Of a stretch of 32,000 nt of DNA, positions 23,865 to 31,681 are shown one piece after another. Position numbers and translations under genes: made by a program. The notes beneath the pieces are model-generated. The model searched no databases. It was not told the origin of the DNA and saw only the letters and a program-made list of their open reading frames with translations. This DNA comes from Candidatus Saccharimonadota bacterium (lineage in GTDB: Bacteria; Patescibacteriota; Saccharimonadia; Saccharimonadales; Saccharimonadaceae): the NCBI GenBank assembly GCA_020160975.1, contig JAIUPJ010000001.1, positions 450,001 through 482,000 of the forward strand. The letters are read 5' to 3'. The stretch's first letter is position 1. Every line of letters begins with the position of its first letter.

Positions 23865-23872
23865 ATGAAAGC

Positions 23873-23897
23873 GGCCTGGCGAAAAAATCGCCAGGCC
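23873..23897. terminator. Bidirectional hairpin between murE (+) and the small minus-strand gene
   Basis: GGCCTGGCGA (23873-23882), AAAAA loop, TCGCCAGGCC (23888-23897). It abuts the minus-strand stop at 23898-23900. Confidence 0.65.
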
Positions 23898-24165
23898 TTA
23901 CGCCTCCTTGTCGTCGAACGAGGTGATCTCTGCCTGCGCACGTGCGCCAGCAGTGTAGGGAAGCGCGAGGACCACGATGGTCTTGTCGTCAACATCCCGA
24001 AGCTGCACGGTCATAATACCTTCCTCGACCTTGCGAAACGAGACGATCATCATAACACGCAGTCGGTCAAGCACGAGGGCGACGGGGGGAGTTCGCGCCG
24101 AAATGCGTGAGCAGTTCGCTCCGAATTTCCTCCGCATCGCCCACATTGGTGAGCAGCTGCTGCAT
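23898..24165 (-). pseudogene. Small (~88 aa if fused) gene interrupted by a frameshift at a G6/C6 run
   Basis: ATG at 24165, with AGGAAG 5 nt upstream, opens MQQLLTNVGDAEEIRSELLTHFGANSP.. and stops at 24067. The track ORF (23898-24170) continues ..PPVALVLDRLRVMMIVSFRKVEEG.. in the adjacent frame. The two frames meet at GGGGGG (24084-24089), and removing one G fuses them. Confidence 0.5.
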
Positions 24166-24231
24166 TTCACTTCCTATTCATCCGGACGGACAGGATTGCA
24201 TATACTATTTTAGCACTTTAGAATAGTCTTG

Positions 24232-25116
24232 TCAAATCTTCATTGCTTCAGTGCAGGCACGCATGACTTGGGCGCCGACCGCCATGTCCATCGATTCGTC
24301 AGTCGCCTCACTCGTAGTGCCTTTATCAAATTTCATGAAGAGCTTGAACCTATTGCGGCCCGTGACGTAGTACATCTTACCGGCCTCGACCACATCGAGG
24401 GCTTTTTCTCTATCAATACCGGTTATACCGTCAAGCGACGACTTGAGGTCTACAAGAATACGCTGATTGTTGAGCGTAATGACCAGGTCGCCGCCTCGCG
24501 CGTCTTCTTGCACGGTGCCAAAGTCATACGGTACGCCGATACGATCAAACAGATGAGCGGTCATAGCCTCAGTCCGACAGCCCTTTACGAGTGCGTTGAT
24601 TCGGTCATGAATGTCATCAAAATCATCACGGTCAAGCATGCTCCTTGAGGTAGCAAACATCAGACGAGAAACTTCTCTCGTGTCCGCTTCAGGATGCGCA
24701 TAGAGATAGTCGACTATCTGACGATTATAAGTGATGACCTGTGGCATAAGGGTGTCGTGGAAGTATTTTTTCTCATCTCTGGACCAGTCGCGGTTTTTCT
24801 TCATTGCTTTTATTTCACCCTCAGCATAAGTTGCAGCCGCAAAGTGCGACCCCATCGTGAGAAGCGCAGCATATGATGGATCCATCAAGCCTTCATCGAC
24901 ACGAGCATGGGCATAATCTTCGACGTATGCGGCATAGGCGTTTGCATATTCTGGTGTCTGTGTTCGAGTGGGGTCGATAGCATAATCGGCACAGTACTGA
25001 GTAAAGGCAGGAAGCGTATGGATGCCGTTAAGCTCGTCAAAGACACGGTCAAATTCTGTCACGGAGTCGACGGTTGTCTCGAAAAGGTTGAAATGTTCGG
25101 TGGCGGATTGTTTCAT
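24232..25116 (-). CDS. Hypothetical 294-aa protein with a C-terminal PD-(D/E)xK-like nuclease motif
   Basis: The C-terminal third has ..CRTEAMTAHLF..(E), ..ARGGDLVITL..(D) and ..RILVDLKSS..(DxK) with restriction-endonuclease-fold spacing. The N-terminal ~170 aa are helical with no recognised family. An extended -10 TGCTATAAT lies upstream on the minus strand. Confidence 0.6.
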   Translation of the reverse strand: MKQSATEHFNLFETTVDSVTEFDRVFDELNGIHTLPAFTQYCADYAIDPTRTQTPEYANAYAAYVEDYAHARVDEGLMDPSYAALLTMGSHFAAATYAEGEIKAMKKNRDWSRDEKKYFHDTLMPQVITYNRQIVDYLYAHPEADTREVSRLMFATSRSMLDRDDFDDIHDRINALVKGCRTEAMTAHLFDRIGVPYDFGTVQEDARGGDLVITLNNQRILVDLKSSLDGITGIDREKALDVVEAGKMYYVTGRNRFKLFMKFDKGTTSEATDESMDMAVGAQVMRACTEAMKI

Positions 25117-25248
25117 GATGTTTATTTCTGTAACAAGTATAGATATACATTAGCATTATAGCAATAAAAAGTCAATAGCACTTACTATTGAACAGGCCGC
25201 CGACCCAGACTTCCCACGAGGGGATATCCAGGGCCGACGGCCGGGTGT

Positions 25249-25599
25249 TCAGCTGGCTGATGCCATCTCCTTCTTGACCTCGCTGAGGGTCCGCGCGTAG
25301 TCTTGTGCCACCTCGAGAAGGCGGGGGTCGTTGGAGCAGACGATGCCTTGCTCCGGAGAGACCAGGGCGTAGCGCGGGTCGTCGTCGGTACCTTCCACCC
25401 CGAGGAGGGTGAAGATCTTCGGCCGGGTGCCGACGATCACGTTGACGGTCGGAGAACCGTCGTTGTAGGTGGCGACGATGAAGTCCTTGCTGTCGGGAAG
25501 ACTGCGCCGAAGTACCGCTTCCTGCTCGAGCAGCTGTCGCATGGACGCCTGGTCGGTCGGGTCGGGGGTCTGCGCAAGCACGCCGATGGCGTGGGGCAT
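25249..25599 (-). CDS. Hypothetical 116-aa protein, strongly GC-rich (compositionally foreign)
   Basis: ATG at 25599 with AGGAG 5 nt upstream. GC3-rich in this frame. The overlapping 149-aa, 102-aa and 62-aa ORFs are Arg-rich artefacts. Confidence 0.55.
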   Translation of the reverse strand: MPHAIGVLAQTPDPTDQASMRQLLEQEAVLRRSLPDSKDFIVATYNDGSPTVNVIVGTRPKIFTLLGVEGTDDDPRYALVSPEQGIVCSNDPRLLEVAQDYARTLSEVKKEMASAS

Positions 25600-25665
25600 A
25601 GTGTCTCCTAGGGGAACTCATTTGAGGGGCGGATGTGCATGTTCGGCCAGATGCTGAACATGGTT

Positions 25666-25694
25666 ACTATAGCACCTATTACCACTTAGGTCAA
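25666..25694 (-). promoter_or_regulatory. Promoter for the GC-rich gene at 25599
   Basis: Minus strand: TTGACC (rc of 25689-25694), 17-nt spacer, TATAGT (rc of 25666-25671). It begins 6 nt after the FemAB paralog's stop. Confidence 0.55.
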
Positions 25695-25699
25695 TATAG

Positions 25700-26749
25700 C
25701 TAGAACCACTGTCGGTGCCTGAGACGCCACTCGAGGCTGACTATAATGCGCTGTCCAAACCGTCGCCACAGCGCATATTTTGTAGGGGCGATAATGAGGT
25801 CGTAGCAGCCGACATAGTCGGTGACGTGCTTGTTGAAACTGGTTTTGAACCGTCCCACACCATAGAACTTGTGCGACTCGTCGTTGATCGCCGAGGAGTG
25901 GGGAGCACCACAAAGGTCATAGCTCGTAACTCCGCGCTCTTTCATCCATGTGATGATTTCCCATTGCAAGAGGTGGCTGGCTCCGTACGCAGTCTTTTTG
26001 CGCACACTAGCGCCATCTTTGTAGAGACCCTTGTCGCCAAGGCACAGGCAATAGGCGGCAGAGACCACTTCGCCCTCGAAATAGGCAAAGAACAGCTGTC
26101 CGTGGCCATCTGCGGCAAACCGCTGCCAGAACTCTTTGTAGTATTCGTATGTGCGGATAGAGCTTTCGAAACGTCCTGCCGCCGTCTCAGATAACAGGTC
26201 GAACATTAGTTTCATATTTTCCTCCGTCAAATCCTCCGGCTTTGCCGTGACGCCATCTCGCTCGGCACGCTTGATGGCATGGCGGCCTTTTTGATTGAGC
26301 GCTGCCAGTACCTCTTCGAGTGAAGGAGAGAGGTCGATGATCACCGTCGACGAATTTGGCTGCACCGCTGCAGTCGGCACGAGACCAAGACCCGCGAGCA
26401 CTTGCCGACTCTCGTCTGTCTCGGTAATCTCCGGCTCAATCTTGACGGCAAATACGCCGTACTCTTTTGCTACTGTTCGTAGTTCGGGCAGCAGTCTCTC
26501 GAGCTGATCGGTCGTCGTCACCCCTGGGCCTTTCGGCAAGTACCAGAATTTTCCGTGCGCAAACACCGCTTTCTCAAGAATCGTCACCGCTACGCCACCA
26601 ATCACAAGATACCGCGGCATCCATCCGTTCTTGCGCTTGGTCTCGGCGAGTTCGGCCATCTGGAACACATTTCCACCGTCATGATTCTTGGTGAGGAGCT
26701 CGTTCCATTTAGAGATATCGTTGTCCTTTTTCAACTGTTGATTATCCAT
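25700..26749 (-). CDS. FemAB-family peptidoglycan interpeptide-bridge aminoacyltransferase (paralog 2)
   Basis: 349 aa. FQMAELAETKRKNGW...YLPKGPGV...VRKKTAYGASHLLQWEIITWMKERG fits the FemAB family. On the minus strand TGCTATAAT ends 7 nt before the ATG. Confidence 0.75.
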   Translation of the reverse strand: MDNQQLKKDNDISKWNELLTKNHDGGNVFQMAELAETKRKNGWMPRYLVIGGVAVTILEKAVFAHGKFWYLPKGPGVTTTDQLERLLPELRTVAKEYGVFAVKIEPEITETDESRQVLAGLGLVPTAAVQPNSSTVIIDLSPSLEEVLAALNQKGRHAIKRAERDGVTAKPEDLTEENMKLMFDLLSETAAGRFESSIRTYEYYKEFWQRFAADGHGQLFFAYFEGEVVSAAYCLCLGDKGLYKDGASVRKKTAYGASHLLQWEIITWMKERGVTSYDLCGAPHSSAINDESHKFYGVGRFKTSFNKHVTDYVGCYDLIIAPTKYALWRRFGQRIIVSLEWRLRHRQWF

Positions 26750-26775
26750 TTATTTGATTATAGCAGAAATTAGTA

Positions 26776-26804
26776 TTGACATAGTGCTAGTTTTAGTGTA
26801 TAGT
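26776..26804 (+). promoter_or_regulatory. Promoter for the GC-rich gene at 26816
   Basis: TTGACA (26776-26781), 17-nt spacer, TATAGT (26799-26804). Confidence 0.55.
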
Positions 26805-26815
26805 CTTACATTGAC

Positions 26816-27328
26816 ATGGGTCCCAACAACCGAAAGGCAATGCCCATGAGCACCAACACCATCACCCGTACCCCCATCAGCCAGGACGAAATCGAGCTCT
26901 CCTTGGCGGCACTCGCAGAGTGCGCCAACGAAAACGGCCTCACTCCGGTACGTGCCAAGAAGGGCACGCACCTGACCCCCCAGGGAATCCTCCGCGCCGA
27001 GCTGGGGATGAGCGAGAAGAGGTCCTTCTCGGTGATCCGGCGCCTCAAGACCCTCGGGCTCGTGCTCTCGACCGAGCACTCGACGAAGGTCATCATCGTC
27101 TCGATGATGAAGGACGTCGCCGAGGGGCCCGCCGCGCCCCAGCCCAGCGTGGTCACCGAGGCGCGCATCATCGCGGCCTTGCTCAAGCTCCGCAAGGAGA
27201 ACGAGCAGTTGCGCGACGAGAACAAGAGGCTCACCGCCGAGGTCGACGACCTGCAGAAGCGCGTCTCGACGCTCGAGTTGAGCTCGCCCGCGCTCGCGAC
27301 GCTCCTCTCGGAGGTCGAGGCCGCCTGA
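26816..27328 (+). CDS. GC-rich wHTH plus coiled-coil protein (compositionally foreign)
   Basis: 170 aa; the start could also be the in-frame ATG at 26840 or 26846. HTH-like GILRAELGMSEKRSFSVIRRLKTLGLV is followed by a heptad-rich ARIIAALLKLRKENEQLRDENKRLTAEVDDLQKRV. The other ORFs on this interval are Arg/Glu-rich artefacts. Confidence 0.55.
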   Translation: MGPNNRKAMPMSTNTITRTPISQDEIELSLAALAECANENGLTPVRAKKGTHLTPQGILRAELGMSEKRSFSVIRRLKTLGLVLSTEHSTKVIIVSMMKDVAEGPAAPQPSVVTEARIIAALLKLRKENEQLRDENKRLTAEVDDLQKRVSTLELSSPALATLLSEVEAA

Positions 27329-27390
27329 GGGCAGTGCACTAACGTCATCGACGCGTTCAAGTCGTAAAAAATCGCTGAAGATATCGGCGT

Positions 27391-27411
27391 CCCCGCACAA
27401 AATGTGCGGGG
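27391..27411. terminator. Bidirectional hairpin terminator
   Basis: CCCCGCACA (27391-27399), AAA loop, TGTGCGGGG (27403-27411), then TTATTTCATTT. It lies between convergent genes. Confidence 0.65.
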
Positions 27412-27433
27412 TTATTTCATTTCCGGGACAAGT

Positions 27434-27949
27434 TTACGCTTGTGGCTGCTGGGAACCGGAAAGAAAATCAATTTCTTTGATGATATCGAGAAGGGCTTGC
27501 GCACGGCGTGATTCGTCGGCGATTTGCTTGGCTGCTTCGTGCGCTGGTGCAACCAATGCTTTGTCGTCGGTTGAACGGATGAGCAGCAGGTAGGTGTCAA
27601 ACTTTTCCTCAGGTGCGAGATTGAGCTTGTCGACAAGTGGTCGGAGCTCGTTGATCGCATCTTTTTTGACACCATCAAGGTCGCCACTGGGCACTGGTGC
27701 ATCAAAAGCGAGAGTAGCAGGGGCGGGGGCAGGAGGCAACTCAGGCGCTACTGGTGCAGCAACTGGCTCGTCGCTCGGTGTGGCGGCAGGTGGTTCGGCG
27801 ACTGGTTGTGGCGTTGATGGCAGCGGCACAGGAGTGTCAACTGCAGCCGCGGTGTCGTCTGCCGTGTTATTGACCCCGGCCAAAACTTTGGCCAGCTCCT
27901 GGTCGTCACTAATCGGTTGTGTAGATTGCGGTTGAATATCCATGCCCAC
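27434..27949 (-). CDS. Hypothetical Pro/Ala-rich protein
   Basis: 171 aa. The central region is a low-complexity P/A/T/E linker. The C-terminal ~70 aa look globular and helical (..LRPLVDKLNLAPEEKFDTYLLLIRST..). Confidence 0.5.
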   Translation of the reverse strand: MGMDIQPQSTQPISDDQELAKVLAGVNNTADDTAAAVDTPVPLPSTPQPVAEPPAATPSDEPVAAPVAPELPPAPAPATLAFDAPVPSGDLDGVKKDAINELRPLVDKLNLAPEEKFDTYLLLIRSTDDKALVAPAHEAAKQIADESRRAQALLDIIKEIDFLSGSQQPQA

Positions 27950-27993
27950 CTCTGGTTATTACATACTTATGCTTTGCTTATAAATACTGTATC

Positions 27994-29085
27994 ATGGAAA
28001 CAAGAAGATGGGCAAGACATAAGCGGGGTGGAACGATGTTAGACGATATGAATGTAATCAAGCAGCGTGATCGAGATGACGCGCTGGGAGTGACCGGCAG
28101 GCAGTATGAGCAGGTTGACTATGTGGTAGCTCTTGAGAATGCCGAACACGATGGGCGCGAACTCAACAATGTCGTGATCGCCGGTATGGGCGGTTCGGCA
28201 TTGGCGGCCGACCTAGCCAAAGTCTTACTAAACGACAGGTTGGCATTGCCTCTAGAGGTGATCAAGCATTATCGACTGCCGAACTATGTTGACAAGCAAA
28301 CACTCGTTATTGTCAGCAGCAACTCAGGCAACACCGAGGAGACGTTGGCGTGCCTGGTTGAAGCACGACAACGCGGCGCACAAATTGCCGCAACGGCCAC
28401 GGGTGGCACACTCACCGATCAAGCTAGGGAGTACTCGATTATGCTGGCGCCATTTCCTCATAATGGCCAACCGCGCATGGGGATGTTTTACAATCTGCGC
28501 GCCATCCTCACCATTCTAGTAGCATTCGGCGTGGTCTCGTCATCGATTCTTGATGAGCTCGCCGGCACAAGATCTTGGCTGCAGGCAGAAACCGAAAAAT
28601 GGGTAAAAGAAGTCACAACTGTGCACAACTATGCCAAGCAGCTGGCGCTGATTGCGGTGGGCAAAACGGCTGAGTTTATCGGCAGCGACCTGACATCATC
28701 GATCGCGTATAAGTGGAAGATCAGTTGGAATGAAAATGCCAAAAACGTCGCCTACTGGGGCGCGCTACCTGAGCTCAACCACAACGAATTTATGGGGTGG
28801 ACGTCGCATCCGATCGAGAAACCATTTGTCATTTTCGATATTCGCAGCGATCTCGACCATCCGCAAATCGCCAAGCGATTCGAACTGACCGATCGACTGC
28901 TGAGTGGCCGCCGGCCAAAAGCCAATGAAGTCTGGCTCGAGGGCGACACATTGATGAAGCAGCTCTTGTGGGGCTGCATTTTGGCTGACTTTGTCAGCAT
29001 CTACGTCGGCATTTTGAACGGTGTCGACCCGACTCAGGTTGATTTAATCGAGAAATTCAAGAAAGAATTAGCTGGGGAAGAGTAA
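27994..29085 (+). CDS. Bifunctional phosphoglucose/phosphomannose isomerase-type SIS protein
   Basis: SIS motifs VIAGMGGSALAADL and VIVSSNSGNTEETL. Size and C-terminal region fit the PGI/PMI family. An alternative start is the ATG at 28036 (MLDDMNVIKQ). Confidence 0.65.
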   Translation: METRRWARHKRGGTMLDDMNVIKQRDRDDALGVTGRQYEQVDYVVALENAEHDGRELNNVVIAGMGGSALAADLAKVLLNDRLALPLEVIKHYRLPNYVDKQTLVIVSSNSGNTEETLACLVEARQRGAQIAATATGGTLTDQAREYSIMLAPFPHNGQPRMGMFYNLRAILTILVAFGVVSSSILDELAGTRSWLQAETEKWVKEVTTVHNYAKQLALIAVGKTAEFIGSDLTSSIAYKWKISWNENAKNVAYWGALPELNHNEFMGWTSHPIEKPFVIFDIRSDLDHPQIAKRFELTDRLLSGRRPKANEVWLEGDTLMKQLLWGCILADFVSIYVGILNGVDPTQVDLIEKFKKELAGEE

Positions 29086-29336
29086 GTCTGGAAGGTAGAT
29101 TTTAGAAAAACTCGGCTATCAAATGCCGTGAACAGAAATGTCAAATTTATTTCGGTTTTTTTTGTTTGTAAGTTACGGAAAAGCATGGCTAAGTCTAAGT
29201 GATTTATGATAAAAAATGTGGCAAACTCATCAGAATTTATTTCCGTGAATTTGCCATGACTGAATGGAAAATGCCTAGCCAGACAAAATGTCTTTCATTT
29301 TGTCTGCGCGATAGGAGAAACCATAGGTTATGTCCT

Positions 29337-30560
29337 CTAGTGGTATTGCCGCAACGATTCAATCGTATCTTTGCGCGATGCTTTAAGGGCAGGATAGAGG
29401 CCAAAGAGCACGCCAACCAGAACTGCCATGGCAAATGCCATCCCGGCCGTCAGCCAGGTAAACGCTGGTGCAAAATACAGGAATGTACTGAGAGCAAACG
29501 CCGCAAGGTACCCAAGGCAATAACCGAGAATGCCGCCAAGCAGACTCATGAGCAGCGATTCGATCAAAAACTGCGTGACAATGGTGCCATTGCTAGCGCC
29601 AACAGCCTTGCGAATGCCGATCTCACGGGTGCGTTCGGCCACGCCCACCAGCATGATATTCATGACCCCAATCCCCCCAACTAGCAGGGAAATCGCCGCA
29701 ATTGCGGTCAGCACCTGAGTGAGTGCCGTAAATAGTGCGTTGGTAGGTCGGCTAATTTCATCGCCGCTCGCCACCGTAAAGTCTCGTTCGCCGAGATGCT
29801 GCTGGAGCAGCTTCTGCTCGACTCGTTGACGCACCTCACCAACTGAACTGTCTTTTTTTGCAAGCAGATCTATTTGCTGAATCTGGGCCCGGCCCTGATG
29901 GAACAGCTTGCCGCGCTCAAAACTCACCACCGCTGCATTGTTCAGATCGACATTGTTGTAGTTAATCGGATTTTGCGACTGGCGAATCACACCAATAACC
30001 GTGAATGTCTCGTTGCGAAGGGTGAACGTCTGGCCAACAGGGGTATTGGTGCCGAACAGGTCGATAGCGAGTTGCTCGCCCACCACTGCGGTGCTGTTGT
30101 CGGTCACGCTGTCAAGAAATTGCCCGGTGCGCATCTTGACGCCGGCAATCGTTGCAAAATCCGGCGTCGTCGCCAAAATGACATTATCGCTTACTGTCTC
30201 ACTACTGGATTTTAGGGTGCCATTGATGGTCATGACTGGCACCGCCGTCTCGATTCCCTCGAGTTTTGAAAGCTCCGCCACATCTGTTTCTGTCAGGGTA
30301 CTTGTACTAAACGACTGCTGCGCCACCGGATTCATGATGGCATTTGGGTCACGCGACTGCAACCCTGGTCGCACCACGATCAGCTGGCCGCTATGCTCGG
30401 CAATTTGCGCGCCAATCATTCGGGACACGCCACCGCTGAGTGCCAAAATGCAGGTTACACTGGCAATACCAATGGTGATCCCTAGGGTTGTTAGCACGCT
30501 ACGGGTTCGGTTGCGCCGAAGTGTCTCATAGGCATTCTCTATGTGGTCATATAGCATCAT
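29337..30560 (-). CDS. ABC transporter permease, MacB/FtsX-like
   Basis: 407 aa. One N-terminal TM, a large periplasmic-core-like domain, and a C-terminal FtsX-type 3-TM bundle with RTREIGIRKAVGAS. Its start overlaps the ATPase stop (ATGA). Confidence 0.85.
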   Translation of the reverse strand: MMLYDHIENAYETLRRNRTRSVLTTLGITIGIASVTCILALSGGVSRMIGAQIAEHSGQLIVVRPGLQSRDPNAIMNPVAQQSFSTSTLTETDVAELSKLEGIETAVPVMTINGTLKSSSETVSDNVILATTPDFATIAGVKMRTGQFLDSVTDNSTAVVGEQLAIDLFGTNTPVGQTFTLRNETFTVIGVIRQSQNPINYNNVDLNNAAVVSFERGKLFHQGRAQIQQIDLLAKKDSSVGEVRQRVEQKLLQQHLGERDFTVASGDEISRPTNALFTALTQVLTAIAAISLLVGGIGVMNIMLVGVAERTREIGIRKAVGASNGTIVTQFLIESLLMSLLGGILGYCLGYLAAFALSTFLYFAPAFTWLTAGMAFAMAVLVGVLFGLYPALKASRKDTIESLRQYH

Positions 30561-31429
30561 TTCTTGGCCGCTTTCTTTGGTTTGGTGGATTTCGCTGTTT
30601 TCTTGGGTGTTTTTTTGCTGCGGCGTGAGGCAGGGCTATCGGTGGTCTTCTTCTCTCGTTCGACTTTTTCCTGACTCAAATGACGATTCAGCGGAATTTT
30701 CACCACGCCTTCGTCCTTAACATTGATATCAATTCGTCGATCACTAGCGATCTTGCCGTCAAGCATCTTGATAACGCGGCTGGCATAACTTGTCAGATTT
30801 GGGTTGTGCGTCACCATGATGATCGTGTTGCCTTTTTTGTGGAGCTCAGACAGCTCCTCCATGATGACATGGCTGCTGCGACTGTCGAGGTTGCCTGTCG
30901 GCTCGTCGGCGAGGATGATACTCGGGTCGTTAACGAGCGCACGCGCGATTGCTACTCGCTGCATCTGCCCGCCCGACAGCTGCCACGGCATATAATATTC
31001 GCGCTCTTGAAGATGAAATTGCTTCAACACTTCGCTAGCGCGCTCGAGACGCTTGAGACGACGCATGCCTTTGTAAGTAAGGGGCAGGGCGACATTTTCG
31101 AGTACAGGTAATCGGTTAATCAAGTTAAAGCTCTGAAACACGATACCGATCTGATTGGAGCGAATATGGGCATGTTGCGCGCTACTCAAACTCTCGACCG
31201 ATTTGCCATCAAGGATATAGTCGCCATCATCTGCCCGATCAAGCAGCCCGATAATATTCAGGAGCGTGGTCTTGCCACAGCCGCTCGGACCCATAATCGC
31301 GATGAATTCACCCTGACTTATCTTAAGGTCAACTTCATCGAGCGCGCTGAGCGCAGCATCACCCAGCCCATACCTTTTGGTGAGCTTCTTGAGTTCGATA
31401 ACTGGTGTTTTTTTGCGAGCAGTGGGCAT
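30557..31429 (-). CDS. ABC transporter ATP-binding protein (MacB/LolD-like) with a Lys-rich C-terminal tail
   Basis: Starting from the ATG at 31429 ([21 protein letters not shown]): Walker [10 protein letters not shown], signature LSGGQMQR, Walker B IILADEP. The track's extension to 31600 uses TTG and overlaps tRNA-Ser(GGA), so I reject it. Confidence 0.9.
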   Translation of the reverse strand: MPTARKKTPVIELKKLTKRYGLGDAALSALDEVDLKISQGEFIAIMGPSGCGKTTLLNIIGLLDRADDGDYILDGKSVESLSSAQHAHIRSNQIGIVFQSFNLINRLPVLENVALPLTYKGMRRLKRLERASEVLKQFHLQEREYYMPWQLSGGQMQRVAIARALVNDPSIILADEPTGNLDSRSSHVIMEELSELHKKGNTIIMVTHNPNLTSYASRVIKMLDGKIASDRRIDINVKDEGVVKIPLNRHLSQEKVEREKKTTDSPASRRSKKTPKKTAKSTKPKKAAKK

Positions 31430-31544
31430 CTCGCACCTATTATGGCCGTCCGGAGACCATAAAGCAACAGATTGAGAATGTATAAAATACAACCTTTTTG
31501 ATATAAGCACAAGTAGTTCGACAGGGTATACTAGAGGGTAGCAG

Positions 31545-31636
31545 GGAGAGGTGACCGAGTGGTTGAAGGTGCACGCCTGGAAAGTGTGTGTGCGGGGCAA
31601 CTCGCACCGAGGGTTCGAATCCCTCTCTCTCCGCCA
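31545..31636 (+). tRNA. tRNA-Ser (anticodon GGA), CCA encoded
   Basis: GGAGAGGTGACCGAGTGGTTGAAGGTGCACGCCTGGAAAGTGTGTGTGCGGGGCAACTCGCACCGAGGGTTCGAATCCCTCTCTCTCCGCCA. Anticodon loop CTGGAAA, a long variable arm, and T-arm GAGGG-TTCGAAT-CCCTC. Confidence 0.9.
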
Positions 31637-31681
31637 AATGTAATTATTTTCATACTCCGTCTTTTTCTCCTAGGGCATACT

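Noticed and set aside
25172-27400. Alternative ORFs on the other two GC-rich islands (25172-25621 -, 25303-25611 +, 25469-25657 +, 26750-27400 -, 26806-27360 -, 26920-27342 +)
   Set aside because: Same reasoning: low-complexity Arg/Glu/Ser-rich translations that overlap better-supported frames. 26750-27400 would also run through the FemAB promoter region.
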